From positions 124,001 to 188,000 of the forward strand of contig PPNB01000006.1 in the NCBI GenBank assembly GCA_003707115.1: a stretch of DNA of 64,000 bases. The letters run 5' to 3'. The position numbers were made by a program, and so were the translations under genes. The DNA is from Tortispora ganteri (taxonomy: Eukaryota). This document shows, one piece after another, positions 33,392 through 44,268 of the stretch. Each line of letters opens with the position of its first letter. The stretch's first letter is position 1. Under the pieces are notes generated by a model. That model did no database searches and was not told where the DNA came from. It saw only the letters and a program-made list of their open reading frames with translations.

Positions 33392-36300
33392 ATGGGAATC
33401 CAGACTGTGCTTATAACGTACTTAATAGGAGGCGTAACATTCATACCGCTGCTTATCGCAGCGTTATTCTTTTTGTCTCCGAAAGTTAAAGAAAACCAGG
33501 ATGATCCAGAACCAAGCGACAATGGTCTGGAGCTCTCACAACAAGAACTAGAAGATGCCAAATCTGCGCATTTATTGCCTCCTCAACCTTCTCAAGGTTC
33601 CGCGGCTATAGGTTTCTTTGTAGTTACTCGCCAATTCATATTGTTTCCATACGAATCGCAACAAGAAAAGCCAATAGTTACGCCAGAATCCGCCTACTCT
33701 ACAATATACAAACATCTCAAAGGCTTCAATCCCTCTTCCAGCCCTCTCCCTGCCCCTGATTCCAAGAAGAAACCGCAAAAGCGCACCAACAGGAACGAAT
33801 TTTATCTTGTACTCAGACATGGAAACCTGTTCCTATATAAGGACGAACTGGCAAATGATGTCAAGCACGTAATCGTTCTCAACAACTACGTTGTAATGAT
33901 TTGGCCACCTCATTGCACAGACGGCACCTTATTCATTAAGCGACATGCACTATGTCTATTAAAGCACACAGAAGCCCTGAAAATCAAAAAACTAATGGAT
34001 GCTGGTGTCAAGCATATTCCAGAACCTAAAGATGCATTCTTCCTATTCTCGCACTCATGTTCTCTGAAAGAAGACCTTTATTTCACTCTAATTAATGCTA
34101 CAGCTGGCCTCTCTAAGTCAAATCCTGCTCTCGAGCCAATAGATCCTCAACTAGTCGCAGAACCTATAAAACCTACCAAACAAGACTTTGTTTCTGTCAT
34201 TCACGCATTGACATCAACAGAATCTGATATTGAACTAAGATGGTTTAATGCTTTCTTTGGAAGGTTGTTCCTTTCAGTAAACCAAACAACGCATGCTGAG
34301 AACTTCTTCAGAAACCGCATAGAAAAGAAACTAAGGAACTTGAAACGCCCCTCATACCTTGGAAATATATCTTTAATTCATGTTAACCCAGGAATAACGA
34401 TTCCCCGATTCCTGGATCCCAATCTAATCGAGTTTTCTCCCGAGGGAATGCTCAAATTGGAAGTAAAAATAGTATACTCGGGCGAGTTTTCGCTTAAGGT
34501 ATCAACCGCAGCTTCTATCCCTTTTGCAGGACTAAAATCAAAGGACGTCTCACTTGTGCTGGCCGTCAGAGTGTGCCGTATCGTTGGAACTATGGAAATA
34601 CACATCAAGCCGCCTCCTAGTAATAGGCTTTGGTACGCTTTTAAGACTATGCCAGAAGTTGATTTACAGATTGAACCTGTTGTCAGTAGTCGAAAGGTTA
34701 GTTATAATGTTGTCAATAGCGTGATCAAGTCTAGAATAATGAACAGTATCAAAGAGAGTCTGGTCTTACCTTACATGGATGATATCTCGTTCTTTGACAC
34801 GTCTGGAGACTTATTTAGAGGTGGAATATGGAAGCAATATATGTATAAAGAAGACGCTGAAAAACCATATAGCTCAGATGAGAAGGAACTGGATGACACT
34901 GAACTCAAAAGAGAACCGCCAGTGTCCGAAGATGACAATCTCAAGAATTTTGAGTCGAGAGATCCAAGCATGTCCAACCTCGTTTCTAACAGCAACTTCG
35001 ATGACTATGCAGCAGTATCTGCTTCTACTAGTGCCCAGCAGTTATGGTCAGGATCATCATCCAATTCATTGAGAAGGCGCACATCTATGTCTTCCACTAG
35101 CTCTGCTACGATTGGCATTAACAACTCACGCGTTTTCGTTCAAGAGGGTCAAATGAAACATATGGAAGGACAAGATATCTATAAAGACATTGGAACAAAC
35201 CCGCTTGAAAGTTCTCCTGTCGCGTCATTTTCTGGAAGTCCTGACAAATATTACGGTGAAACGGGAATAGAATCAAGCAGTACTTCGCCAAGAAAAGGCT
35301 CCCCATTCTTGGACAATACAGACACATTGGGCCCTGATATCAGACAGAGTTTTGATTCTGAATCATATAAAAGCGATATATCTAGAAACTTTACCACCGA
35401 TGACAGAAAACTGTCTACCAGAGCCGAAGCAATAGCTGGGAATGTCATGAAATGGGGTTCAAAATACCTTAACCGCAGGAATCTCACTTCCGAGCAAAAG
35501 AAACGGCAAGAATACATTGAAAGAGCAAGAGCAAATATATATGGTAATGAGGAACTTGTCAACCATAAGAATATCCAAGGGTTTGCTCCTGATGGAACTC
35601 CACTTTCTCAGCCGTTGGAAGACCTTAACGAAGGTCCCTCTTTAATGGATGCTGCATCGGTACATTCCCCTAGAAATAACTCAATCGATTTTGCGAATGG
35701 AAGCAACTTTACTGCCCAAGGATACTCAAGAGCCCCCGTTATGCGAATGCCAGGGCTCCCTAGCAGTTCGTTAGACGGTGGAATTGTTTATTCTTCAGGG
35801 AACATGAGTTCCTCCCCCACACGAACTGAAAAAGTCTCAAAGAGTTATCAGGTCGCACGTAAACCTGTTTCTGCTGAAAAAGATGGAGAAACTGATACTT
35901 CGACTACCATAATGGACACGGAGAAAGTTGAGAACACAAAGAACCTCGATATAGCTGAGGGGATAGAAAAGGAACCTACAACAACAGAAAACGAGGCAGA
36001 AATGCCACTAACTAGCGGCTTCAATGGGCTTGAATCGGAGAAAGAGCCGCTTAAAGAGGATGAAAAAGGCAGCGTTTCTGGTGTAGACCTGGAGACAGTA
36101 GACCCAGAGAAAGAATTACAGGAAGTGGTTTATGACGTTAATACTAAGGTGGATGAAACAACTGATCAGAATGAAAAATTATTGCTTGAAGATTATGATA
36201 CGGCGATTTCACCTGAAAAAATAATCGAGAATGACCTAGATAACGAGGTGCCTGAACCTGAAGGAATCTCGACAGAGGATCGAACTAAATCGCAGAATGA

Positions 36301-36418
36301 AGATAACGTTTCCTTCAAAGAAAATGTGACTATGGAGAGTGAACCAGCACAGATAGAGCGCAAATTAAGCATACCAGCAATGCCGGGAAAGATTGCCAGG
36401 AAGCCTGTTGGAGAATAA
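33392..36418 (+). CDS. NVJ2: Nvj2/TEX2-like TM-PH-SMP lipid-transfer protein
   Basis: N-terminal YLIGGVTFIP TM, PH domain (LRHGNLFLY...KEDLYF), SMP domain (WFNAFFGRLF...PPPSNRLWYAF...ESLVLPYMDDISF) and a disordered tail. Confidence 0.88.
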   Translation: MGIQTVLITYLIGGVTFIPLLIAALFFLSPKVKENQDDPEPSDNGLELSQQELEDAKSAHLLPPQPSQGSAAIGFFVVTRQFILFPYESQQEKPIVTPESAYSTIYKHLKGFNPSSSPLPAPDSKKKPQKRTNRNEFYLVLRHGNLFLYKDELANDVKHVIVLNNYVVMIWPPHCTDGTLFIKRHALCLLKHTEALKIKKLMDAGVKHIPEPKDAFFLFSHSCSLKEDLYFTLINATAGLSKSNPALEPIDPQLVAEPIKPTKQDFVSVIHALTSTESDIELRWFNAFFGRLFLSVNQTTHAENFFRNRIEKKLRNLKRPSYLGNISLIHVNPGITIPRFLDPNLIEFSPEGMLKLEVKIVYSGEFSLKVSTAASIPFAGLKSKDVSLVLAVRVCRIVGTMEIHIKPPPSNRLWYAFKTMPEVDLQIEPVVSSRKVSYNVVNSVIKSRIMNSIKESLVLPYMDDISFFDTSGDLFRGGIWKQYMYKEDAEKPYSSDEKELDDTELKREPPVSEDDNLKNFESRDPSMSNLVSNSNFDDYAAVSASTSAQQLWSGSSSNSLRRRTSMSSTSSATIGINNSRVFVQEGQMKHMEGQDIYKDIGTNPLESSPVASFSGSPDKYYGETGIESSSTSPRKGSPFLDNTDTLGPDIRQSFDSESYKSDISRNFTTDDRKLSTRAEAIAGNVMKWGSKYLNRRNLTSEQKKRQEYIERARANIYGNEELVNHKNIQGFAPDGTPLSQPLEDLNEGPSLMDAASVHSPRNNSIDFANGSNFTAQGYSRAPVMRMPGLPSSSLDGGIVYSSGNMSSSPTRTEKVSKSYQVARKPVSAEKDGETDTSTTIMDTEKVENTKNLDIAEGIEKEPTTTENEAEMPLTSGFNGLESEKEPLKEDEKGSVSGVDLETVDPEKELQEVVYDVNTKVDETTDQNEKLLLEDYDTAISPEKIIENDLDNEVPEPEGISTEDRTKSQNEDNVSFKENVTMESEPAQIERKLSIPAMPGKIARKPVGE

Positions 36419-36957
36419 CGATTTTAGTTTCGGACACATGATGGAATAACTACGATGTAAGATAATTCTTAGAATATTGCGTATATTAGCATGCTAGCAC
36501 TACTTTCAATAGAAGAGTAGGCATTATAAGGAATAGAAAGGGCAAAAGATATTAGAACTAATCAAAAAAAAAGACTAGCTCAAGAAAATCTAAAAGTTCT
36601 GTACCATTAAGAACCGAACCATCTGTTTGAGAGTAGGTAGCGATTAGAGTAAGATATAAGGAAGGAGAAGTGAAAACCAGTTACTGAAAAGGTGGCCGAT
36701 GGAAATAAAGAACAAAGAAGGGGAGACAAGCGATCAAAGTTGAAAGCACTAATATGCGCTGGATCAGTTCACAGAAATTTCACCACATATAACACTTTAT
36801 CCACTCTGAGTCAACAACGAGTAGCAGCTAAACCCTTTCAAAAGGCAAGATATCCAAAATCTAAAGATATAAAAATCATAGTTAAAGGGAGAATAATACT
36901 CATGTTGATGCAAAGCAGGTCTACGAAAGCTGATATGTTATTTTACCCCTTGCTGCT

Positions 36958-37290
36958 TTAGAAACCATGGATCTTAACAGCTTTCTTGTCGACACCACAC
37001 TCAGTGGTCAAGAATTTAAGAGCATTCATACGCTGATCGCCTTGAAGCTGGATAACTTGACCCATTTCTAAGTTATCGACCAAAGTGCCATTGCAAGCGA
37101 ATTCCTTCTTCAAGGCACGAAGAAGCTTCTTGAGGTCCAATTCCTTAGGGATACCTTGGACAGTAGTAAGTGTTTTACGACCATTTCTCTGTTGAATTCT
37201 TATGTGGATGTAATGACCAATGTCATTATTATCGTTCTCTGCGAATGGATCCTCTCCATAAAACTTGAGGTCGCCCACAGTACCAGACAT
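36958..37290 (-). CDS. SUI1: Translation initiation factor eIF1
   Basis: YIHIRIQQRNGRKTLTTVQG...FACNGT...IQLQGDQR...KIHGF. Confidence 0.98.
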   Translation of the reverse strand: MSGTVGDLKFYGEDPFAENDNNDIGHYIHIRIQQRNGRKTLTTVQGIPKELDLKKLLRALKKEFACNGTLVDNLEMGQVIQLQGDQRMNALKFLTTECGVDKKAVKIHGF

Positions 37291-37495
37291 ATGCTAGAGG
37301 AGGCGAAAGTTGATAGATAGGTTGTTTAAGCGGGAAGGCGAAGTAAGAGCGAGTGCTGTTTTGATTTGCAGAAAGAACTAACCAAGAAGCAAGCGATTCA
37401 AAAAAAATTCGAGATTGAAGGCTGATTTTTCTTCTTTCTCTCTTAGGTAAATATCTCTTCTAGGTGCAAGAAGAGAGGATGGTTAAACTGATTGA

Positions 37496-37886
37496 CTAGC
37501 TTAGTGAGGAAAGATTAGTCGCAAGAGTGGAATATAGGAAGAGACACTCTAACAAAAACTACTAAAAAGGAATTTATGAGAATGTAAGAGTTGTTAAAAT
37601 AACGAGGCTTGAAATCAAAAGTGGGCAGAAGTTTGAACGCCTTTGAAGTCTGAAAACAAGCTAATAGGTGAAGGGAAAACAATGCCACCTTACTAAATCT
37701 CAGAGAAAAAGGAGGAGAAATTATTGCCATGACAACACATCACGTGATACAAAATAAAAAGTGAGATGGAGTTGATGCGGCAAGGCATAAGAATGGCACG
37801 AATCGCGAAGAAGAGGCTATAAAAAACAAGTATACCAATAAGTAAAAGAAATAAAAGTAGATAAGAAAAATAGTTGTAATACTTAC
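37496..37886 (-). other. Probable 5'-UTR intron of SUI1
   Basis: GTAAGT at 37886-37881, GACTAAT at 37520-37514, acceptor AAG (37500) or TAG (37496). Confidence 0.5.
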
Positions 37887-38423
37887 AGACAGTGGATAGG
37901 TCCACCAATGGAAGGATAGAGATGCAATTTATTCCATGGATTGAGCAGCAGATAAAGCGGCACGTGATTGGGAAGCGGCTAGCAGGGTGATCTAATGAAG
38001 CCTTATCTAATGACAACAGACCATAGAGGGAAATATGAGAATGAACTCGCTGTATAGAAAGAGACAGCGGTTAAGATTATTGTAAGCGTGTACTTTGTGA
38101 AGAATAGGAATGCAATATGGACACTAATAAGAGCTGGTAAAGCCGAAAAAGCCGCCGGTACAAAATCCGGGGGAAAGACCCATGTACCACCAAAAAGTTA
38201 AAAGACTGCGTAATCCCGCACTTCGAACCTACCAGGCTTGTCCACCCTAAAAACTTATCGCATAGACGCAGCATTGACCTGGAAAAGACGGTCAAATTTG
38301 CGTTCTTTCATATTTATAACGAAGATTGTTACAAAAAATCAAAGGGCTAATTTATATTGTGCCTAGGTAGAAAAATTAAAGGGGACTCTTTCTTTCCTCT
38401 TCCCGTACCCACCGTAACTAGCT

Positions 38424-41400
38424 ATGTCTACGACCAAAGGCCGTCACGAGACCGTTTTAGCGGTAAATGTGAAAAAGGCAACATCACCGGAAGAAACCTC
38501 GCCTAAAAGAAAACATGTTAGAGCATGTATTGTGTACACCTGGGACCACCATTCGGCTAAAGCGTTCTGGACTTCATTGAAAGTGTTACCAATACTGAGC
38601 GACGAAATCCAAACCTTCAAGGCGCTAATTACTATCCATAAAGTCATGCAGGAAGGACATCCTTCGGCTATAAAGGAGACTATAAACAACGTCTCTTGGA
38701 TCGATGGCTGTGCGCGAACGCACCAGGCAAATACCAAAGGGTACAGTCACCTCATTAAAGCCTACGTCCAGTTTCTCATGCAGAAAATTGCCTTTCACAA
38801 GCAACACCCGGAATTTAACGGAACATTCGAGTATGCTGAATACGTATCTCTCAAGACTATTTCCGACCCCAACGAAGGCTACGAAACTGTGTCTGATCTT
38901 ATGAACCTCCAGGACGAAATCGACAAGTTTCAGAGTCTCATATTTGCCATGTTTCGTCGTAATTCTTCTAACGAGTGCAGAATAGCCGCACTTGTACCTC
39001 TTGTTACAGAAAGTTACGGCATATATAAGTTTGTCACCAGTATGTTGCGAGCATTAAACTCTACTATTCAGTCCGAAGATGCTCTGCTGCCCCTGATTGA
39101 TCGCTATAATATACAACACCAAAGGCTTCGCGATTTTTATTATGACTGTTCTAATCTGCGCTCTCTGACTTCACTTATTACTGTCCCTAAGTTGCCTATC
39201 GATCCGCCAAACCTATATCAGGAAGATGCAGATGCTCCACCTTTGCCTATGCGCCCCGCTGAGCACGAGAAAACTCCAGACGTATCTGAACTGACCCCTG
39301 ATGCTTCTGGAGTCCAAAGTTTGGACGCTGCACCAATGGCCGATTTCTGGTCGGAGCAACAGCGACTAGAAGAAGACAACCTTCGTATGCTTCAACAGCA
39401 AGAGGCAGAACGTCTTAGACAACAGCAATTGGAAGCACAGCAACAGCGCGAATACGAAGAACGCGCCAGAATGCAAATGGAGCAACAGCGTTTGGCTACA
39501 GAGCAATTGATGCAAGAACAACTTGCTCGTCAAGCACAGGGCCAAGTAGCCGAACTGGAACGTGCTTTGCTTGAAATGAAAGGTGCTCAGGATAGAAATC
39601 AGCTCATGCTAGAGCAATATGATTCCAGGGTTAAGACTCTTGAGGCCGAATTAGAAAGAGTTAGTGCTTCTGGAAACCAACAAATTGCTGCTAAGAACGA
39701 TCTAATCCAATCTCTTCAAGGTCAGGTTGATAATTGGCGCAAGAAATACGAATCTCTAGCCAAGTTGTATTCTCAATTGAGACAAGAACACTTAGAGCTT
39801 ATGCAAAAACATAAGCAGCTGCAATTGAAGTCCGCATCAGCGCAAGAGGCTATTGAGAGAAGGGAGAAAATTGAAAGAGACATGAAAGCCAAAAATATCG
39901 AACTTGCAGACTTGATAAGAGAACGTGACCGCGCTCGCAATGAGCTGGAACGCATTAAGAATGGCGAGTCTGACCGTTCCGAGAAGCTCGAAAGGGAAAT
40001 TAGAGACTTGAAAGAAAAGCTGGCAGATGCTGATCGTTCGAAGGGCTCTGAGTTGTCTTCCCTTCTTTCTCGCCATAATCGAGAGCTTACCGAACTGGAA
40101 GACGCACTTCGCGCGAAGCAGCGTGCAATCGACGACTTAACAGATAAATTGAACGGGTTTGATCCAGATACCGAGCAGAAGCTACGTGATAAAGACGAAG
40201 AACTTGAAATCTATAAGGTTGGAATGGATGAAGCACTGAAAGAGCTGCAAAAGCTAAAGTTAGCTCAAGATGACGGCGAAGCTGGAATGAATGCTCAGAT
40301 AGATATGGTGCTGAAAGCTAATATCGAACGGTTGTACAATGTGCTCGATATGCTGCTAAGGACCGGAGCAGCGCGAATCAAGGACGCTGTTATCAATTTA
40401 GATTCTCCTATGCAGGCGGGCAACCAGAGCACATCGCCTGCTTATACTCTGTCGATTGTTGAATATACGAGCGGTGCTGCGCTAGATTTTGCTTCAGCAT
40501 TTAATAATTTCATCGCGGAAGGCCCGTACGGAGACCAAGCGCCTCTTATTACAGCTCAAAACGAGTTCTGCCAAGGTATCACTTCTCTTCTAGATAACTG
40601 CAAGGGTCTCACAAGACTCGTCGACGACAAGGAGACGAACGTTCTAAACCTTTCAATTGATTCTGCGGAGACCAGCCAAAATTTCTTTTTGGGTTTGACA
40701 TCTGACAAACTTGAAGGTTTGAATGAAAACAAAAAAGTAGACAAGGTGTTGAACCTTATGGTTGCAGTACAAGAGAAACTTCAACGTGTGTCTGAAGAGA
40801 TTACTCGAATTTCTCCTGGAGGCGCAGATATCAGTTCTGCGGGAGATATTGGACAATTAGTCGACGACGAGCTTGCGAATGCAGTTCGTGCGATTGAAGA
40901 GGGCGCTAAGAAACTGGAGAGCCTGAAGGCGAAGCCCAAGAACTTGAATTTGAGTACGAAACAACTTAAGGTACACGAGAGTATACTTGCAGCAGCGATT
41001 GCGGTGACAAGGGCCATTGCGGCGCTGATCAAGGTCGCTACGGCTGCACAAAATGAAATCGTGGCTGCCGGTCGGGGCACTAGTTCCAAAACGCAGTATT
41101 ACAAGAAGCACAATAGATGGACTCAAGGGCTGATATCAGCGGCAAGAGCCACTGCAGTATCTACACATGATTTGATTGAGATATCAGACGGCGTGTTGTC
41201 GGACGTTAACAGTTATGAAGAGATGATTGTGAGCTGTCGGTCAGTTACTGCGGCTACTGCTCAGCTGGTAGCTGCGTCACGAGTGCGTATGAACACTGTA
41301 TCTAAGACGCAAGAGGGACTGGAGACATGCTCTAAGGACGTTAATAATGCATGCCGAGAGCTAGTGAAGCTTGTGGAGGAGCTAATTGCTGGAAGAAATG

Positions 41401-41594
41401 AAGGAGGAGACGATGTGGACTACGCATCGTTGTCTTCGCGCGATTTCAAGCAAGCGGAGATGGAAGCTCAGGTAGAAATCTTAAGACTGGAGCGCGCACT
41501 GGCGAATTCGAGGAAATCTCTTGGCAATATCAGAAAGATGAGCTATGTGCATGAATACAAAGGCGATGCTATTCGCGAATCTAACGGGAGATGA
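38424..41594 (+). CDS. SLA2: Sla2/End4 (ANTH, coiled coil, I/LWEQ)
   Basis: KATSPEETSPKRKHVRACIVYTWDH, YYKKHNRWTQGLISAA and EMEAQVEILRLE. Confidence 0.97.
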   Translation: MSTTKGRHETVLAVNVKKATSPEETSPKRKHVRACIVYTWDHHSAKAFWTSLKVLPILSDEIQTFKALITIHKVMQEGHPSAIKETINNVSWIDGCARTHQANTKGYSHLIKAYVQFLMQKIAFHKQHPEFNGTFEYAEYVSLKTISDPNEGYETVSDLMNLQDEIDKFQSLIFAMFRRNSSNECRIAALVPLVTESYGIYKFVTSMLRALNSTIQSEDALLPLIDRYNIQHQRLRDFYYDCSNLRSLTSLITVPKLPIDPPNLYQEDADAPPLPMRPAEHEKTPDVSELTPDASGVQSLDAAPMADFWSEQQRLEEDNLRMLQQQEAERLRQQQLEAQQQREYEERARMQMEQQRLATEQLMQEQLARQAQGQVAELERALLEMKGAQDRNQLMLEQYDSRVKTLEAELERVSASGNQQIAAKNDLIQSLQGQVDNWRKKYESLAKLYSQLRQEHLELMQKHKQLQLKSASAQEAIERREKIERDMKAKNIELADLIRERDRARNELERIKNGESDRSEKLEREIRDLKEKLADADRSKGSELSSLLSRHNRELTELEDALRAKQRAIDDLTDKLNGFDPDTEQKLRDKDEELEIYKVGMDEALKELQKLKLAQDDGEAGMNAQIDMVLKANIERLYNVLDMLLRTGAARIKDAVINLDSPMQAGNQSTSPAYTLSIVEYTSGAALDFASAFNNFIAEGPYGDQAPLITAQNEFCQGITSLLDNCKGLTRLVDDKETNVLNLSIDSAETSQNFFLGLTSDKLEGLNENKKVDKVLNLMVAVQEKLQRVSEEITRISPGGADISSAGDIGQLVDDELANAVRAIEEGAKKLESLKAKPKNLNLSTKQLKVHESILAAAIAVTRAIAALIKVATAAQNEIVAAGRGTSSKTQYYKKHNRWTQGLISAARATAVSTHDLIEISDGVLSDVNSYEEMIVSCRSVTAATAQLVAASRVRMNTVSKTQEGLETCSKDVNNACRELVKLVEELIAGRNEGGDDVDYASLSSRDFKQAEMEAQVEILRLERALANSRKSLGNIRKMSYVHEYKGDAIRESNGR

Positions 41595-43220
41595 AATAAA
41601 AGGTTGCCGCGCTCACGTACAAGACTTGAATGAGAGAGTTACCGGGCGAGAGCAACGAATTTGCGAGAAAAGAAACCAATTCAGACCATTGCTAAGTGAT
41701 TAGCTAATTCATTCAAGCGGTTTTCTATCATTTTATTTTATCATTTAAAGGCCTCAGAAGTGGATGTCGGTTAGTTACGGTTGACAACTTTTGCCTACTG
41801 TTGTCTAGCCGGGTCTATGGAGCACAATAAATAACTGAGTCATAAAACTCAATTTAGCTTTATATAAACCTATTCAAAAGGACGATCATTTCCCCTTTTT
41901 TATTTTTGTGCGATATCACTGTAATTTTTATAATGTAAGTAATTATTTTACATATTTTGCATTTAATTCAACGTATTGCAATCAGAATGGACTCTATGTG
42001 TGTATGTGTGTGCAATAAGAGCGGACCTATAGCTGAATGGTTGTGGTTTCCAAAAAAAAAGTACCAGGACTTACCGAGGATAATACTGCCGAAATAACCG
42101 AGAAAGATACCCCAAAATCACACTGACATTGACACATTGACCTTTTATTTATATTAAACAGCGATAAAATGATCTAAAAGCGAAGCTAATGACCCGCTTT
42201 GTACTCTGATTTAGATTGGATTGTACTATGTCGATTGTCCTACTGGAGAAGAAACGCCGCCCGGACGCAAGGACTCGTGCGCCGTTAGAACAGATTTTTG
42301 CCCTCGAACCTATTGCTACGAAATGTTACAAACAACCGCTATGAATATATTGTTTACAAGAATGGGGGAGCCTTTATGTTTAGGGCCTACTACGTTAATC
42401 GACCAAGACCGCTTCGACCGCTCCTCTTAGGGGGTAGTGCTTCTAGGGTTACAGGTCTGTCGTTGCTACACGGCTATTTCACATGCCTGTTCTCAAATTA
42501 CCCACAAACTGCTCGCCTGTCGGCTTTGACTGTCTCCACGGCTAAACAGATAGGCTCGCCGGTTATTCAACTCTACTTTCGCACTTTGACTAGGACTCAC
42601 GGCGGTTTGCCCTATCTGGCTCTACACCATCACTACTTACCCTGGTACCCTATTTTCGACAAGTAGTACCAGTTAGACAAATCGGCACTCCTGAACCTAA
42701 TTAACACCCCTAATAGGGTGAGCATCTGAAAGCTTAATGTATATTATCGCCGTTGTGATTGGACTATTCTTTGGAAATTTCCATCCAAGCGCACTGTAGG
42801 GACCCCGGCTATCAGAATCGCGTTTGTGGGTTGGTAAGAACCCCCACGGTTTCGGTCTCTATTATGTGTTCCAACTGCGCAATCGGAACAATCGCGGAAC
42901 TTTTTTCTTTATATTGCAGCATCGTCACTGGCATATACGCATGTATTTTCGCGTTTTTAAATCATCACATTGCTACCGCTACACGAATCAATACACATAC
43001 CTTTGCGCGAAACGGATCCTGTCGATCGCATGAAACTTGGTACCAATGTCAAATCGATCGCGGAAATCCCCTCCCTCCCCTTTCCACTCCTTTCCACTTT
43101 TAAACTTTTCTCATGCTTTTCTCAACCTCCATTGTCGGGTCAACAGCTATGTTCCTCCCCTAATAGGTGCTCGCACACTCACTAACGGCTTATTGCACAC
43201 ATTCTGCTAGTTCTTCTCAG

Positions 43221-43290
43221 GTACGCAATATCGCATCTATTTTTATCATTCAATTCTTCACACAAATGCCCTACTAACACTTTTGAACAG
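43221..43290 (+). other. Consensus intron (70 nt) in the distal upstream unit of the IDP locus
   Basis: CAG|GTACGC, TACTAAC at 43272-43278, CAG at 43288-43290. Confidence 0.7.
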
Positions 43291-43362
43291 CTCCTTTGCA
43301 GATTCTTTCTAGTACGAGGAAAGTTTAACACATTTAAACTTTCTAATTACCTTTTTTCTACT

Positions 43363-43453
43363 ATGCCTTCCCTTATTACGAGAGAGGTGAGCACCATTTC
43401 TAGACTTTGTACTAGGAATCTACTTTCTCACTGTTCACACTCCAAGATGTCTT
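43363..43453 (+). CDS. Candidate distal coding exon (MPSLITREVSTISRLCTRNLLSHCSHSKMS) ending in a phase-1 GTAAGT donor
   Basis: ATG with A at -3. The donor at 43454 is in the same phase as the IDP acceptor at 44438. Confidence 0.45.
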
Positions 43454-44179
43454 GTAAGTATTCACTCTCTATATTGCCTTGGTGTATTTTTCTTTTCGCC
43501 AAATTTTATCTTAACTCAAATCACCATTTCTCAATACAGATTTCATGATTTTCAATGGCCGTTTTTCCTGATTCTCTCTTATCCCCAGACAGCGATTCAA
43601 CACTTACAAAGCGTCAACTTCTTTCCATCCTTCCCTAATAGACAAATTCGCCGGCTATTTCTGCGATTGTTGTTCGAAACATCAAATTGACAGTATAAAG
43701 TTCTCAGACTTGTGCTATTCAGTCAATGTTTTCCCCCAGTACTGCACAACATTACCGTCCTTTCCGCACTAAAGCTTTTCATTTCGCTGCGGCAGGATGA
43801 CCAAATCTCTTCCTTTAGAGGATCAGGTAGGCATCACTAATCTAACCCCTTTGATGCATACTCGGGTCAAGTATTCGGCGAATGTTTATTGCGGTGAACC
43901 TCTGGCCTCTTTCGACGCTCTCTTCGTTAGATTTTCGCCGACCGCCTACCAGATATAGGGTGTGGGGGTTCTATTCACTCCACAATTACTCTTCATTATA
44001 TGAGCTGCCTTCGCCAGGTTGCGTTATGGATACGCCGTTGCTAGGAAAGATTGGGCTCTTGTCCTACCGCGCTAAAGCCCTGGGATTTGCCCCCCTCCCT
44101 TGTTCTTTTTCCCGGTTCCCGGTACATGGCCTTCTGCTAGACCGAGGGTGAACTCTGTTTTCAAAACCTTAATCTAACC

Positions 44180-44189
44180 AAATGTGGGG
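44180..44189 (+). promoter_or_regulatory. Mig1/CreA site (AAATGTGGGG) upstream of the proximal IDP exon
   Basis: SYGGRG with an AT-rich 5' flank, about 80 bp before ATG 44269. Confidence 0.45.
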
Positions 44190-44268
44190 ATTGCATTTGC
44201 TCATTTGAGTGAGTATCTCTTCTCTTGACATATACAGGTTACATATTCATTTTCTCTTTGTAACAATC

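Noticed and set aside
42221..43103. Short ORFs and a possible ncRNA (e.g. telomerase RNA) upstream of the IDP distal unit
   Set aside because: The ORFs lack protein-like signal, and I could not establish a template, box C/D or H/ACA architecture by eye. An Infernal scan is needed.
43113..43210. Further upstream coding exon (MLFSTSIVGSTA...) extending the presequence
   Set aside because: It requires a non-consensus GTTCCT donor at 43151; frame continuity alone is insufficient.
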